A stretch of DNA of 64,000 nt from an uncultured cyanobacterium (lineage in GTDB: Bacteria > Cyanobacteriota > Cyanobacteriia > Cyanobacteriales > Nostocaceae), in NCBI GenBank assembly GCA_963706595.1, contig OY970166.1:2016001-2080000 (forward strand), in the 5' to 3' direction. Positions 42,693 through 53,673 of this stretch are shown here, piece after piece. Made by a program: the position numbers and the translations under genes. Each line of letters begins with the position of its first letter. The stretch's first letter is position 1. Under the pieces are notes generated by a model. The model made no database searches. It saw nothing but the letters and a program-made list of their open reading frames with translations, and was not told the origin of the DNA.

Positions 42693-43304
42693 CTATTGAC
42701 TTGCGGCTAATTTACCCCAACTCACATAAGGCAGTTGAGCCGCCGTAGCTCGAACTTCTTCAGCATTAGCCACTAACTGACCGCAAGCATCCCATGTCCC
42801 AGCAATAAAAGTGCTGCGAGTGCCGTCATTCATGGTAACTTTGGCTGTATAGTCACCAATTTGCACTTCTAAAGTTTCCAAATTCACCGTCACAGCAGCT
42901 TGGGCATTAGCTACTACTAACTCTTGCAGTTTTTTGACTGTGACTGCATCGGCTGTTAAACAAGGGATACCCATTGCTACACAGTTACCAAAAAATATTT
43001 CGGCGAAACTTTCACCAATTAAAGCTTGAATTCCCCATTTAGCGATCGCCTGGGGTGCGTGTTCTCGTGATGAACCACAGCCAAAATTACGGTTAACGAT
43101 TAAAACGTTTGCCCCTTGATATTCTGCTTTGTCAAAAGGATGTTCGCCTTTTAATGCTGTACGGTCATCGATAAATACCCCTTCACCCAATCCATCAAAG
43201 GTGATGGCTTTCAAATAACGGGCGGGAATAATCCTATCTGTATCTATATCATCCCCAATAAGGATTATACCGCGCCCTGAGATTTTTTTAACTTCACTGA
43301 CCAT
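42693..43304 (-). CDS. leuD: 3-isopropylmalate dehydratase small subunit
   Basis: [25 protein letters not shown] and SFAEIFFGN motifs; likely ATG at 43304. Confidence 0.95.
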   Translation of the reverse strand: MVSEVKKISGRGIILIGDDIDTDRIIPARYLKAITFDGLGEGVFIDDRTALKGEHPFDKAEYQGANVLIVNRNFGCGSSREHAPQAIAKWGIQALIGESFAEIFFGNCVAMGIPCLTADAVTVKKLQELVVANAQAAVTVNLETLEVQIGDYTAKVTMNDGTRSTFIAGTWDACGQLVANAEEVRATAAQLPYVSWGKLAASQ

Positions 43305-43533
43305 AAATTTAAATTTTGACTCGATTTTTGACAACAATCTAATTACAAGAGATTTTCTGAAAAAAATCCCCAATTTGTAGGGTGGGTTAGGCGCACAACA
43401 CCAGATAATCAAGATTAAGATTTATTAAGCTTGCGCCGTAACCCACCATTTACCTTCTTAAACTCCTCCTCTCTGCGCCTCTGCTTACTGAGCGAAGTCG
43501 AAGTATGCGCCTTTGCGCGAAACTAATCCATAT

Positions 43534-44937
43534 TTATAACAACTCGCGCACATCTGAAACTTCCCCTTTAATAGCCGCAGTCGCCACCATAGCCGGACTC
43601 ATTAATAATGTGCGTCCAGAAGAGGAACCTTGTCTACCTTTAAAATTGCGGTTAGAGGAAGACGCGCTGATTTGTCTACCTTGGAGTTTGTCCGGGTTCA
43701 TAGCTAAACACATAGAACATCCCGGTTCACGCCACTCAAATCCGGCTGCTGCAAAGATTTTATCCAGTCCTTCGGCTTCGGCTTGTTGCTTCACCCGTTC
43801 CGAACCAGGGACAACAAAAGCTTTCACACCCTCCGCAACGTGACGACCTTGAGCAATTTTTGCTGCTTCTCGTAAATCGCTAATTCTGCCGTTGGTGCAA
43901 CTCCCAATAAAGCAGACATCAATTTTAGTGCCTTTTATCGGTTGACCGGGAAACAAATCCATATATTGATAAGCTTCTTCCGCAATAAATCGGTCTTCTT
44001 CTAATAGTTCTTCCGGCTTGGGTATAAATTGATTTACGCCGATACCTTGACCGGGTGTAATTCCCCAAGTGACTGTGGGGGAAATATCCGCCGCATCGAA
44101 GACTACAACATCATCGTATTCAGCATCAGCATCACTCTTGATGGATTCCCACCAAGCCACAGCTTTGTCCCATTCTCCACCTTTAGGAGCGAAGTCTCTA
44201 CCTTTTAAGTAATCATAAGTGACTTGATCAGGGTTGACATAACCGCATCTCGCGCCACCTTCAATAGCCATGTTGCAAACGGTCATCCGTTCTTCCATGT
44301 TCATTTGGTCAAAGGTGGTTCCAGCGTATTCATACGCATAACCTACGCCACCTTTTACACCTAATGTCCGAATGATGTGCAGAATCACATCTTTGGCGTA
44401 AACACCAGGGTTTAAAGTCCCGTTAACTTCAACTTTGCGAACTTTGAGTTTCGATAAAGCCAGGGTTTGAGAGGCGAGAACATCTCGCACTTGACTAGTA
44501 CCAATGCCAAATGCGATCGCACCGAATGCGCCGTGGCTAGATGTGTGACTATCACCACAAGCAATGGTCATTCCTGGCTGAGTCAGTCCTTGTTCTGGGG
44601 CGATGACATGGACTATCCCTTGATTACCAGAACCGATGTTATGAAAGGTAATATTATTTTCTTGACAGTTTTGTTCTAAAGCCTGGATCATATCTTCCGC
44701 CATGCTGTCAATAAATGGTCGGGCTTGGTTTTCAGTCGGGACGATGTGATCGACTGTGGCTATAGTTCGTTCTGGAAACAGCATCTTCAAACCCCTTTCC
44801 CGCAACATGGCAAAGGCTTGGGGACTGGTGACTTCGTGAATCAGGTGAAGCCCGATAAATAGTTGCGTCAGCCCTGAAGGAAGTGTTCCAACGGTGTGTA
44901 AGTTCCAAACTTTATCAAACAGGGTGCCTTTGCTCAT
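43534..44937 (-). CDS. leuC: 3-isopropylmalate dehydratase large subunit
   Basis: [31 protein letters not shown] and NRNFKGRQG motifs. Confidence 0.97.
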   Translation of the reverse strand: MSKGTLFDKVWNLHTVGTLPSGLTQLFIGLHLIHEVTSPQAFAMLRERGLKMLFPERTIATVDHIVPTENQARPFIDSMAEDMIQALEQNCQENNITFHNIGSGNQGIVHVIAPEQGLTQPGMTIACGDSHTSSHGAFGAIAFGIGTSQVRDVLASQTLALSKLKVRKVEVNGTLNPGVYAKDVILHIIRTLGVKGGVGYAYEYAGTTFDQMNMEERMTVCNMAIEGGARCGYVNPDQVTYDYLKGRDFAPKGGEWDKAVAWWESIKSDADAEYDDVVVFDAADISPTVTWGITPGQGIGVNQFIPKPEELLEEDRFIAEEAYQYMDLFPGQPIKGTKIDVCFIGSCTNGRISDLREAAKIAQGRHVAEGVKAFVVPGSERVKQQAEAEGLDKIFAAAGFEWREPGCSMCLAMNPDKLQGRQISASSSNRNFKGRQGSSSGRTLLMSPAMVATAAIKGEVSDVRELL

Positions 44938-45087
44938 ACAAAAATCGTTATTTCACGAGTTAGAGCTACTATCGTATCAAAAAGTGTCCGGCTTTTGCTG
45001 TTTTTCCAAAGGGCTGTTCCTATGATTATCACTACCTGTATATTTTCTGCGTTGCTTGATGGTAAATATCGTTTTCAATTCATTTCG

Positions 45088-45391
45088 TTAGCAATAGATT
45101 TACTGCGATATCAGGAGTTAGAACAAGCTTATCATGAAGCTGCGGCGGAATTTAAGCCAGAATGGGATTTGACCGTCGGGGATGGGCTGACAGATGAAAT
45201 GTGGTGAAATTTATTTTGCAAATCTCAGTCCCGCAGTCGGTTCAGAAATGGATAAACTTTGTTCTGTAATGATTGTCAGCAATGACGCTAATAATGCCTC
45301 GAATACGGTGACTATTTTACCAATTACATCTAATATGATTCGTGTATATCTTTTAACACATCCTGATCAAGATATTAAAACTAATCTTTGA
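45088..45391 (+). pseudogene. relic of a mazEF/pemK-type toxin-antitoxin pair
   Basis: Antitoxin C-terminus ELEQAY...WDLTVGDGL overlaps a truncated MazF N-terminus GEIYFANLSPAVGSEM...IVSND...ILPITS. Confidence 0.75.
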
Positions 45392-45397
45392 GGCAAT

Positions 45398-46357
45398 ATG
45401 CCAGAAAATACTAGCTTTGCTTTTGTTGCTAATTTACTTGATGTTAACTGCAATCTACCTTTTAAAGTTATTGAAAATTGCTACTTTCAAAAAGCTGATT
45501 CTATCCAAACTGGCATAATCAAAAAACATTTATTAGATTCAGGATATTTTTCATTTGGTCAATGTCCCTATGAAGTAATATGGGTTGAGAAAAATACGGA
45601 GGCACAGCAAAACAAGGAGTTTACAATTCAGCGACTTGAACAAAAAGATTGGAAATATTATGTAATAAATTTTCAGGGGAACATTGGTGAAATATTTAAT
45701 TTATCCTTGGCGGCAAATTTACTAGAAATAGAACTAGAATTCAACTTAAAATTTCGCTCTTGTGACCAAAAAAAAAGCCAAGAATTTGGGCTTATAAAAA
45801 ATCTTACACACGCATTTAATTATTTCCATGAAATAGAGATGACTGTGCCGCCTTTCATTGAAGTCATTGATGATACAACTTTACAAAATTTAGGCATAAT
45901 ATATAAAAATTATCAGCAATTAGATGAAATTAAGTATCCAGATATAAAAAAAGCTATTAATATGCTTGAAGATATGAAGCATCTTCCTCATAATTCTAAA
46001 TTTAAAGTTCTGGGATTATTTACCATAATTGAATTTTTAATTACACATAAGCCAATTGATACAGGAGATTCAATTACACGACAAGTCACAAATAAAATAA
46101 ATTTATTATCAAAGCGTTTTATTAATCAACTCGATTATTCTCAGTCTTTTGGGAGTACACCCGAAAGTACAATTTGGAAAAAACTTTACTCTTACAGAAG
46201 TAAGATAGCACACGGTGGTCAACCCGATTTTGCGAAAGAGCTATCAGTATTAAAAGATGATTTGACTGCCAACAAATTCTTAAAATTAGTTGTAAAAATG
46301 CTTTTAAGACACTCTCTAATAGAACCTCAACTATACACTGATTTGAGAGAATGCTAA
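45398..46357 (+). CDS. Apea-like HEPN domain protein
   Basis: TIIEFL and KKLYSYRSKIAHG (Rx4H) motifs; AT-rich; GAGG RBS. Confidence 0.75.
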   Translation: MPENTSFAFVANLLDVNCNLPFKVIENCYFQKADSIQTGIIKKHLLDSGYFSFGQCPYEVIWVEKNTEAQQNKEFTIQRLEQKDWKYYVINFQGNIGEIFNLSLAANLLEIELEFNLKFRSCDQKKSQEFGLIKNLTHAFNYFHEIEMTVPPFIEVIDDTTLQNLGIIYKNYQQLDEIKYPDIKKAINMLEDMKHLPHNSKFKVLGLFTIIEFLITHKPIDTGDSITRQVTNKINLLSKRFINQLDYSQSFGSTPESTIWKKLYSYRSKIAHGGQPDFAKELSVLKDDLTANKFLKLVVKMLLRHSLIEPQLYTDLREC

Positions 46358-46439
46358 ACTAATTTAGATTAAATTCATGCTTAAGCAAAAAAAATTACAA
46401 ATCCGTGAACTGATGATTTTTTTATATTTTAGATGCGTA

Positions 46440-46664
46440 GTAGCGTGGCAAGCTTAAAATAGTGCATTAGGTAAAAAGCAGAAAACATTGATTTATCTCG
46501 ATTTTCTCAAAAATCTATTGCAACATTTTAGCCTTGTCACGCCAGTAGTAGCGTGGCAAGCTTAAAATGGGGCATTAGGAAAAAGCAGACAACATTGATT
46601 TATCTCGATTTTCTCAAAAATCTATTGCAACATTTTAGCCTTGTCACGCCACTACTGGCGTGGC
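46440..46664 (-). mobile_element. two tandem IS630-related MITEs plus a 10-bp stub of a third
   Basis: Copies at 46440-46545 and 46548-46652 with TA junctions, reverse orientation to those at 33 kb; CTGGCGTGGC stub at 46655-46664. Confidence 0.9.
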
Positions 46665-46682
46665 TGATAACTGTTAAAACGG

Positions 46683-46845
46683 CTACGGTGTACATACAAA
46701 TGATTCGGTAACTCAAAATTATGTTTTGTAGGGTGTGTTGTCGCGTAGCGCAACGCACCATCCTAGATTATCGGTGCGTTAGGACTAAAGTCCATAACGC
46801 ACCCTACCCAAATAAAAGGTTTTTGGACTTGTGTGTACACGCTAG
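46683..46845. mobile_element. MITE-like element with internal REP pair
   Basis: TIRs CTACGGTGTACATACAA / TTGTGTGTACACGCTAG enclosing GTAGGGTG...CACCCTAC palindromes. Confidence 0.7.
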
Positions 46846-46852
46846 GTTAAAA

Positions 46853-46937
46853 CGGAGAGGGGGGGATTCGAACCCCCGTTGGGTTTCCCCAAAACGCATT
46901 TCGAGTGCGTCACCATCAACCACTCGGACACCTCTCC
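46853..46937 (-). tRNA. trnS: tRNA-Ser(CGA)
   Basis: Reverse strand GGAGAGG...CCTCTCCG, anticodon arm ACGCA-CTCGAAA-TGCGT, long variable arm, GGTTCGAATCC. Confidence 0.97.
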
Positions 46938-47071
46938 AGTTATGTATTCAATTGAGGTGAATGCCATCAGACTTCCCGCACTTATCGGCACTTAATTATT
47001 TATTGCCGATATTTTGTCCGTAAGTTTAGCAAACACCATAAACCATCATAGCATCCCCAAGGATTTCATAG

Positions 47072-48181
47072 TTAAGTTAAAACTAAATTATCTCGATGAA
47101 TCACAGTTTCAGCACCTACATAGCCCAAAATTGTGAAAATTTCCCTAGAATGGCAGCCGCTAATCTTTTGGAGTTCGTCGCTGCTATAGTTAACAAGGCC
47201 TCTGGCAATTTCGTTTCCCTGATTGTCGCACAACTGCACGGCTTCTTGAGCGTCAAACTCTCCTGATACTGATTTAATTCCAGCAGCTAATAAGGATTTT
47301 CCTGCCTGGGCGATCGCCGCGATCGCCCCCGTATCCAAGTATAATTTTCCCGCCGGGACTAAACCATAAGCAATCCAACGTTTCCGCGCCGAAGTTGGTT
47401 CTGGCTGTGGTTGAAAATGAGTCCCCAGAAGTTCCCCTGCGATAATTTTCTCAATATTCTGCGGAAATCGTCCTTGAGTAATGACGGTACGCACTCCCGC
47501 AGCAATCGCAATTCTGGCGGCGGAAATTTTAGTGGACATCCCACCAGTACCCCATTGAGAACCTGGAGAGGTGGTTTGCACTTGTAATTCTGCTAATTCT
47601 TTGAGGTTACTTACCAAAGATATGGGTTGTGCATCGGGTACAGAACGGGGATCGGCGGAATATAGCTTGTCTACATCGGTGAGGATAAATAACCAATCTG
47701 CTTCGACTAAACTCGCCACCAATGCTGAAAGAGTGTCATTATCGCCAAATTTCAGTTCGTCCACTGCAACTGTATCATTTTCATTGACTACAGGAATTAC
47801 ACCCAGTCCCAGGAGTTCCCGAAAAGTGTTGTAAGCATTGAGATAGCGGCTACGTTGTACCAAGTCGCTCCGCGTCAGTAATACTTGAGCAATGGGCTGA
47901 TTTAATGTAGTAAATAAATCATCGTATATCCGCATTAACCGACCCTGACCCACTGCTGCTACTGCTTGTTTGAGAGCGATCGCTTTCGGGCGTTCAGTTA
48001 AGCCCAACCTAGCACAACCCACTCCCACAGCACCAGAGGAAACTAAAATCACTCGATGCCCTTGCTGCCTTAAATGGCAAAGTGTCTCTGCTAAAGTAGC
48101 AATGGTAGAAAGCGCTAGCTGTCCGGTTTCTGGTTGAGTAAGGCTAGAAGTGCCGATTTTGACAACAATTGTCTTAGTCAT
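47072..48181 (-). CDS. proB: glutamate 5-kinase
   Basis: [36 protein letters not shown] and a C-terminal PUA domain. Confidence 0.96.
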   Translation of the reverse strand: MTKTIVVKIGTSSLTQPETGQLALSTIATLAETLCHLRQQGHRVILVSSGAVGVGCARLGLTERPKAIALKQAVAAVGQGRLMRIYDDLFTTLNQPIAQVLLTRSDLVQRSRYLNAYNTFRELLGLGVIPVVNENDTVAVDELKFGDNDTLSALVASLVEADWLFILTDVDKLYSADPRSVPDAQPISLVSNLKELAELQVQTTSPGSQWGTGGMSTKISAARIAIAAGVRTVITQGRFPQNIEKIIAGELLGTHFQPQPEPTSARKRWIAYGLVPAGKLYLDTGAIAAIAQAGKSLLAAGIKSVSGEFDAQEAVQLCDNQGNEIARGLVNYSSDELQKISGCHSREIFTILGYVGAETVIHRDNLVLT

Positions 48182-48493
48182 TAGTCATTAGTCATTAGTC
48201 ATTAGTCATTAGTCATTAGTCATATCATGTTCCTTGGATGACATGAAACCTCTTGTCTCCCCTCCTCGCTTGCGGTCTGGGGCTGGGGGTGGGATGTTAG
48301 ATTGTGGTAAAAATTTGTAAAGCGCCGATCCTTCTATATGTGAAGGCCGACGCTCTACGGGTTTATTTTTATCTATTATGAACTAGGGTCTTTATTTGGC
48401 TGACCCCATATTATCAATTGTCATAATGCCCGATTTTTGTATCCTATTTACATTCCTTAATTATTTCTTTAGATTTACTTTAATCACCATTTC

Positions 48494-49033
48494 TCAAGTT
48501 TTGTGAATTTTTGTCTCTTTAGGAGTAATAGTGGCTCCCAAGATTTCCGATAACCAAACTTCAAAATTGCGGATCGGATGCGATCGCAAGGCTGCACCAG
48601 GATGGATAATTGGTTCTACTAAAACAGTGAACATTCCTAAACGATTACCCGCGATGACATCGGTAAATAAGCGATCGCCCACCATTCCCACTTGGTTGGC
48701 TGGTAGATTCATCGCTGTGAGTGCGGCTCTAATTTTCCGTCGTGATGGCTTGGCTGCACCTAAATAATAGGGCAAATTGAGCGATCGCGCGATGCCACCG
48801 ATGCGGGATTCACTGAGATTATTACTTACCAAAAACAAATCTGTACAAATACGAATTTGCTCTACCCATTGTTCTAATTCTGGTGAAGCTAGCCCCACTG
48901 TAAACGGTACTAGGGTGTCATCCACATCCAACACCAGACCCTTCAGCCCGTATTGTTGAATCATTTCAGGTGTCAGGTTTAATACAGAACCTTCTAAAAT
49001 CAAATCAGGCTGTAAGAGCTTGTTCCAGATCAT
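48494..49033 (-). CDS. YqeG-type HAD IIIA phosphatase
   Basis: LDVDDTL, VSNN, AAKP and VGDRLFTD motifs. Confidence 0.9.
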   Translation of the reverse strand: MIWNKLLQPDLILEGSVLNLTPEMIQQYGLKGLVLDVDDTLVPFTVGLASPELEQWVEQIRICTDLFLVSNNLSESRIGGIARSLNLPYYLGAAKPSRRKIRAALTAMNLPANQVGMVGDRLFTDVIAGNRLGMFTVLVEPIIHPGAALRSHPIRNFEVWLSEILGATITPKETKIHKT

Positions 49034-49046
49034 GTGAATTTTGAAT

Positions 49047-49619
49047 TTATTCGACTTCGTTAAAAAGTTGTTCTTCTAACAGTGGTTGTACTTTCTTAAA
49101 TTCCTCTGGGGAAAGTAATTCTGGTTTGCCGGTGGTCGAAATTCGGGCAAAAAACAGCAGAGGATCGAGTGGTGTATAAACTGCGTATTCTTGATCTGTA
49201 TCATAGAAGCTAGCTAGTAGCTGCAATTGTTCAGGCTCCAAATCAGCCTCTTCATCTTCGATTTCTAAAGTGAAAAGTTCTGATTCTTCCACTGCTGGTA
49301 AATCACCCGCCACAGTCAGAGCATAAGCAGTATTTTTGACGATCAGATTTTGTTCGGCTAAGACAGCTTGAGCCGTGGCAAAAATTTGGTTAATGACATC
49401 ATCATCATCTACCAAAACCGCCTCTTCTTCTTCTTCGTCACCTTGCCAAGCAAAAATTTCTATGGGTGAGTCTACAGGGAGCAGTAAGACATATTCTTGT
49501 CCATCTACCGAAAGCGAATGTTCAACATAACATTCGAGGGTTCGGCCTGTGTCATCGGTCAGAGTGATGGAACCTGCATGAGCATGATCATTTTCTTCAG
49601 GAAATGGAGAGGGGAACAT
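49047..49619 (-). CDS. DUF3727 family acidic protein
   Basis: GRTLECYVE, LLLPVDSP and YTPLDPLLFFAR motifs; lies between ruvX and the YqeG-type gene. Confidence 0.75.
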   Translation of the reverse strand: MFPSPFPEENDHAHAGSITLTDDTGRTLECYVEHSLSVDGQEYVLLLPVDSPIEIFAWQGDEEEEEAVLVDDDDVINQIFATAQAVLAEQNLIVKNTAYALTVAGDLPAVEESELFTLEIEDEEADLEPEQLQLLASFYDTDQEYAVYTPLDPLLFFARISTTGKPELLSPEEFKKVQPLLEEQLFNEVE

Positions 49620-49759
49620 AGCCGAAGTGTAAAATTTTATAAATACCAGCAAATGTACAAATTTCTTGACTGTTTAATGACCAACTCAGTCAAAAAAATA
49701 GCTTCAGAACTCGATACAAATGTTGGTGATTAGCTTTCAGAATATCATGTAAAAAGGTA

Positions 49760-50236
49760 TCAATACTCTAAGGCTAGCACCGATTTCTGGAAGTTGGCTC
49801 GCCTGGTGTCCAGCCATTGTTGCAAAATTATCGAAGCTGCCTTCCGGTCAATTAAACCTTTATGGCGTGATGGGGAGCGATTTTCAGCTATTAACAGTTG
49901 CTCTGCTTGAAAAGAAGTTAATCGCTCATCTACATATTCCACAGGTAAATTGAGTGCTTTCCCCAACTTTTTGCCAAATTTCTGCACTTGACGCGCCTGG
50001 AATCCGAGAGTCCCATCCATTGAGTAAGGTAAACCCATCACCAGGACTTGCACCTGACGCTCATTCACTAAGTTGCGGACTTGCTGCACATCTCGCTCAA
50101 AAGATGTCCGCTCAATGGTGGTCAGTCCTGTAGCAATTAAACCCGTACCATCGCACCCCGCTACACCCATCCGCTTGCGACCGAAATCTAAACCCAATGC
50201 TGAAATAAACGGTTGTGGTTGCTCTTGGGGTGTCAT
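49760..50236 (-). CDS. ruvX: YqgF/RuvX family nuclease
   Basis: LGLDFGRKRMGVA, VMGLP, DERLTS and IDRKAASIIL motifs. Confidence 0.93.
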   Translation of the reverse strand: MTPQEQPQPFISALGLDFGRKRMGVAGCDGTGLIATGLTTIERTSFERDVQQVRNLVNERQVQVLVMGLPYSMDGTLGFQARQVQKFGKKLGKALNLPVEYVDERLTSFQAEQLLIAENRSPSRHKGLIDRKAASIILQQWLDTRRANFQKSVLALEY

Positions 50237-50322
50237 AGGATTTTAGATTTTAGATTTTAGATTTTAGATTGATTTCACAGATAAATCTGGGGACTTGTAC
50301 TATTAACAAAGAATTAGTCAAA

Positions 50323-51561
50323 TTAGTTCTCCTGTGTTGGATCTGTGATCTCAGGAATGGGCAATGCTTCCATACTCAAATTTTCGCACTTGAAGGTTAC
50401 AGGTTCTGATTTGGTAGGCGCTGGTCTTTCTGACGCTGGTTGCGGCGTTTTTTGTATCCATGTCATCCCACCTGGAATTGGTTTACGAGCCGGTTGCAAA
50501 CCTTGCAGCACCCCAGTCCACTGAATTCCTTCTAAGGAAACAAATTTAGACTCCCGGAGCTTATGCCAAACAGAACGAGACATCACTAGGGTATGTTCTA
50601 TGCGTTCTGCCCCAATGCGCTCTAAGTACTCTTCTCGTTCAGCTTGGTAGTCTGAGGATGCCAGTTGTAAACCTTGCTGAGGGAAATCTTGGACAATGCG
50701 CGCTAGTTGAGAAAGCAACTCTGGGTACAGCCACGTATAAGCGGGGTGAACTGTCAGCGTGGCGACGTGAGGAGTTTTACCTTTGCGGTCAAGTTGAACT
50801 TGGAAATAGCCGATGGCGGCTTTGCGTTGGGGTTCAAACACGTAGCCACTCACTACTTCAGTTTTAGTGAGCCACTGCTTGACAGCATCAGTTAAAGCAC
50901 CAAACAAGCTGGTTTTAAAGTCGCGAGTATTGCGGTCAAAAACCTGACGCACCAAAGGCGGCATTGATGCTGTATCTAACTGATAGAGTAACTGAGCATC
51001 AGCATTACTGACAGGTAGAAGGTTGGGCAAATCAGGCTCTGCTTGCGCCAATTCCACGAGTAATTCGGGTTTAATTTCCCAATAGGTCATTTCTGCTAGA
51101 CGCTGAAACCCATTTTGGCGATATAGTGCCAGTGCGTCTTTATCATTCACATTCACTTCTAATAGCCAAGTGCGAGCTTCCAAAATCGATTCAAAGCAAT
51201 GGCGCAAAAGTTGCGAGCCGACTCCTTGCTTCTCCATCGATGGAGCCAGCATCACCCGATCAATCCGCCATGTACTGCGTGTGCGGTTGAAAGGTGACAC
51301 TTGAATCATCCCTAAAAGCGATCGCCCTTGCTCTGCTACGTAGGCACAGAAGCGATATTTTAGGGGATTAGGAAACCAACTCAAAAATTTGAGGCATCCA
51401 TACCAACGGCGTAACCATTGCATCTGGCTGATGGCCAGTTGCGCCTCTTTGGGAGTGAGGGTTGCGAATGAATCTTGGGTTATTTGTTCAATTCCGTCCA
51501 GATCCCGGTATTGGGCTGGCCGGATGACAACGCTGAGGTTTCGAGGAAGTAATGAAGTCAT
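50323..51561 (-). CDS. GNAT family N-acetyltransferase
   Basis: KQGVGSQLL and ALALYRQNGF acetyl-CoA binding motifs. Confidence 0.85.
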   Translation of the reverse strand: MTSLLPRNLSVVIRPAQYRDLDGIEQITQDSFATLTPKEAQLAISQMQWLRRWYGCLKFLSWFPNPLKYRFCAYVAEQGRSLLGMIQVSPFNRTRSTWRIDRVMLAPSMEKQGVGSQLLRHCFESILEARTWLLEVNVNDKDALALYRQNGFQRLAEMTYWEIKPELLVELAQAEPDLPNLLPVSNADAQLLYQLDTASMPPLVRQVFDRNTRDFKTSLFGALTDAVKQWLTKTEVVSGYVFEPQRKAAIGYFQVQLDRKGKTPHVATLTVHPAYTWLYPELLSQLARIVQDFPQQGLQLASSDYQAEREEYLERIGAERIEHTLVMSRSVWHKLRESKFVSLEGIQWTGVLQGLQPARKPIPGGMTWIQKTPQPASERPAPTKSEPVTFKCENLSMEALPIPEITDPTQEN

Positions 51562-51707
51562 TTTAATTCTAGCTTGCCATTTAGCCTTAACTTACTGGGT
51601 CAGAGGAACTGTTGCAATAATCAATTTTAACGGCTTTGTGCTTCTAGTTCTTGCTCCCAAAGGGTGATTTTTGTAACTAGATACTAAAATATGATCATAA
51701 ACAAACT

Positions 51708-51770
51708 AAAATAAAGCAGGACTGATGGGAACAACTTTGGTGTTGCCCCAACAATACCTGCTTCTATTTT
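51708..51770. terminator. stem-loop, probably an intrinsic terminator
   Basis: AAAATAAAGCAGG ... CCTGCTTCTATTTT inverted repeat downstream of the 51800-52012 ORF. Confidence 0.5.
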
Positions 51771-51799
51771 ATGAGAATTTTGAGAAAAATTTTGCTGTT

Positions 51800-52012
51800 T
51801 TACAGTCCTTGTCGAGAAATTAGCTTTTCAAAATTGGCTTGGGTTTGGTGAAGCAGTTGCTCTCGGCTATCTGCAACTGAAAATGTCTGCTTCAGGGTGG
51901 GAACCAGATTGCGGGCTTGTAGAGTCATGTGAAGTTGCAAATGGGCAACATATTCGCTGAAGTCTTCATTTGTTACAGATGCGCCCGTTGAAATATTTGA
52001 TTCCATTGCCAC
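51800..52012 (-). CDS. small hypothetical protein
   Basis: AAGGAG RBS upstream; protein-like sequence FSEYVAHLQLHMTLQARNL. Confidence 0.7.
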   Translation of the reverse strand: MAMESNISTGASVTNEDFSEYVAHLQLHMTLQARNLVPTLKQTFSVADSREQLLHQTQANFEKLISRQGL

Positions 52013-52330
52013 TGGGTTCTCCTTTCTTAGTTCTCGTCTTTGTCTTCACATCATCAGAACTTATCATGTTGTTTGGCTTTGCTTGGTGGATTCGCAATGA
52101 AGTTTAATGTTTTGCTACATTTTCTGATGTAACTGCTCTTGTGGTGTTGGTTCGGGAGAGATTTTTTTTGCCCGCACCGCCAAGAACGCCAAGGGAAGAA
52201 GTGATTCAGGACGGCTATGTTCAGCTTTTTTGCCGCTTTGGTGTAGTGGAGCCGTTAAATGAATTAAGGGAAATTACGGTTGTTTTTTGGTAATTTGTGA
52301 AATTCTACGCTTAATCTAAGATAGCGACTG

Positions 52331-52954
52331 GTGATTATGTTTCAGAAATTCAAACAAATTCAAATGCTTCTGACTTATCAGGATTCAGAGAATTTAGGTG
52401 ATTTTGCTATTCTCAAGTCTGAGTTATTCGGTGCTAAAGTTTCGCCAGAAGTAGCTTCTAAATTACAAGAAGTACAAGGATATCATCCCTCTATTGATTT
52501 GGCAAAATTAAGCGAATATCCTCCAGGTTCTTTGGGACGAGAATATGCAGAACATTTACAAGCCAATCATCTACAACCCTTCAACATCAGTCCTGAGTTA
52601 GAGGAAGTTGCTAGACGTAACGTCTTTGCTTTGCGATATGCGGTTACTCACGATATTTTTCATGTTTTACTTGGTTTTGATACTAGCTATGCTGGAGAAA
52701 TTGGAGTTCTGGCTTTTGCAGTGGAGCAAAACTATAGTAAATCACTAAAAATTGGTTTATGGATAGCTCAATTACTTTATCCCATTCTTGCCCCTCAACA
52801 AATTAAAACAATTTTCAAGAATTTGCACAAAGCCAGAGAATTGGCAAAAAATGCTGATTTCCTCTTAGGATTTCGGTTTGAAGAACATTGGTTAGACTCA
52901 ATTGCTGACGTGAGAAAACGCTTATGTTTACCGCCAATAGCAACGTCTGCATGA
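52331..52954 (+). CDS. Coq4 family protein
   Basis: PPGSLGREY and HDIFHVLLGF...GE (HDxxH) motifs. Confidence 0.85.
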   Translation: MIMFQKFKQIQMLLTYQDSENLGDFAILKSELFGAKVSPEVASKLQEVQGYHPSIDLAKLSEYPPGSLGREYAEHLQANHLQPFNISPELEEVARRNVFALRYAVTHDIFHVLLGFDTSYAGEIGVLAFAVEQNYSKSLKIGLWIAQLLYPILAPQQIKTIFKNLHKARELAKNADFLLGFRFEEHWLDSIADVRKRLCLPPIATSA

Positions 52955-53094
52955 TTTCAAAAGATACAACAGTTTGTAATTGAGTATATAGATGAAAAAC
53001 AGGGGAGTTAATTTCCCAACCCCATCACCCCAATAATAATTTTTCTCCCTATTTCCTAATTACGAATTACAAATTACGAATTAAAAATTACTTC

Positions 53095-53673
53095 TTACCA
53101 TTTTTCAGTCCAATAGACAATTTCTGAGGCTGAACTATCAATGGCTACACCATAGCTATCGCCGTGATTCCATTTGAAGCTGGGTGTACCTTTGTTTTTG
53201 GCATCTAATACTAATATTTCATAAGTGGCGGGAAAGGATTCTATCGAAGCATCACTAGTGTAAAAGAATGTTGTCGGCACACCATTGGGTAGATTAACAT
53301 GATGGTTTGTACTACCACCTTGATACTGATATTTAGCAATATTTTTATATTGTAAAAGTAGCTGTTGGATTTTTTCTGGTGACTGTTTTAGCCTAACTTG
53401 AAAAAAACTTTCTTCTGATGCAAGTCCACGATAATAGGCAATGCGGACGTTTTTAGCTTCATTAGGCAGCGCATGAGGAAAATGTTTAATGTAGTTGTTA
53501 TTAGACAATAATTGCTGACGAATTTCTTGATAGCGAGATGTATCAGTGATGACTTTAATTTTGCTGCTACTGCTAACAGCCCTTTTCAGCAAAAAACTGC
53601 CCCCAACAATGCTAATACTACTTAGGGAAAGTAACACTATCATGGCTATGTTGACAAGATGCGATCGCTTCAT
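53095..53673 (-). CDS. hypothetical membrane-anchored protein
   Basis: 192-aa ORF with an N-terminal hydrophobic helix. Confidence 0.65.
   Translation of the reverse strand: MKRSHLVNIAMIVLLSLSSISIVGGSFLLKRAVSSSSKIKVITDTSRYQEIRQQLLSNNNYIKHFPHALPNEAKNVRIAYYRGLASEESFFQVRLKQSPEKIQQLLLQYKNIAKYQYQGGSTNHHVNLPNGVPTTFFYTSDASIESFPATYEILVLDAKNKGTPSFKWNHGDSYGVAIDSSASEIVYWTEKW

Noticed and set aside
46721..46960. 79-aa ORF, and likewise the 62-aa ORF at 31865-32053
   Set aside because: They overlap tRNA genes and REP sequence, so are spurious
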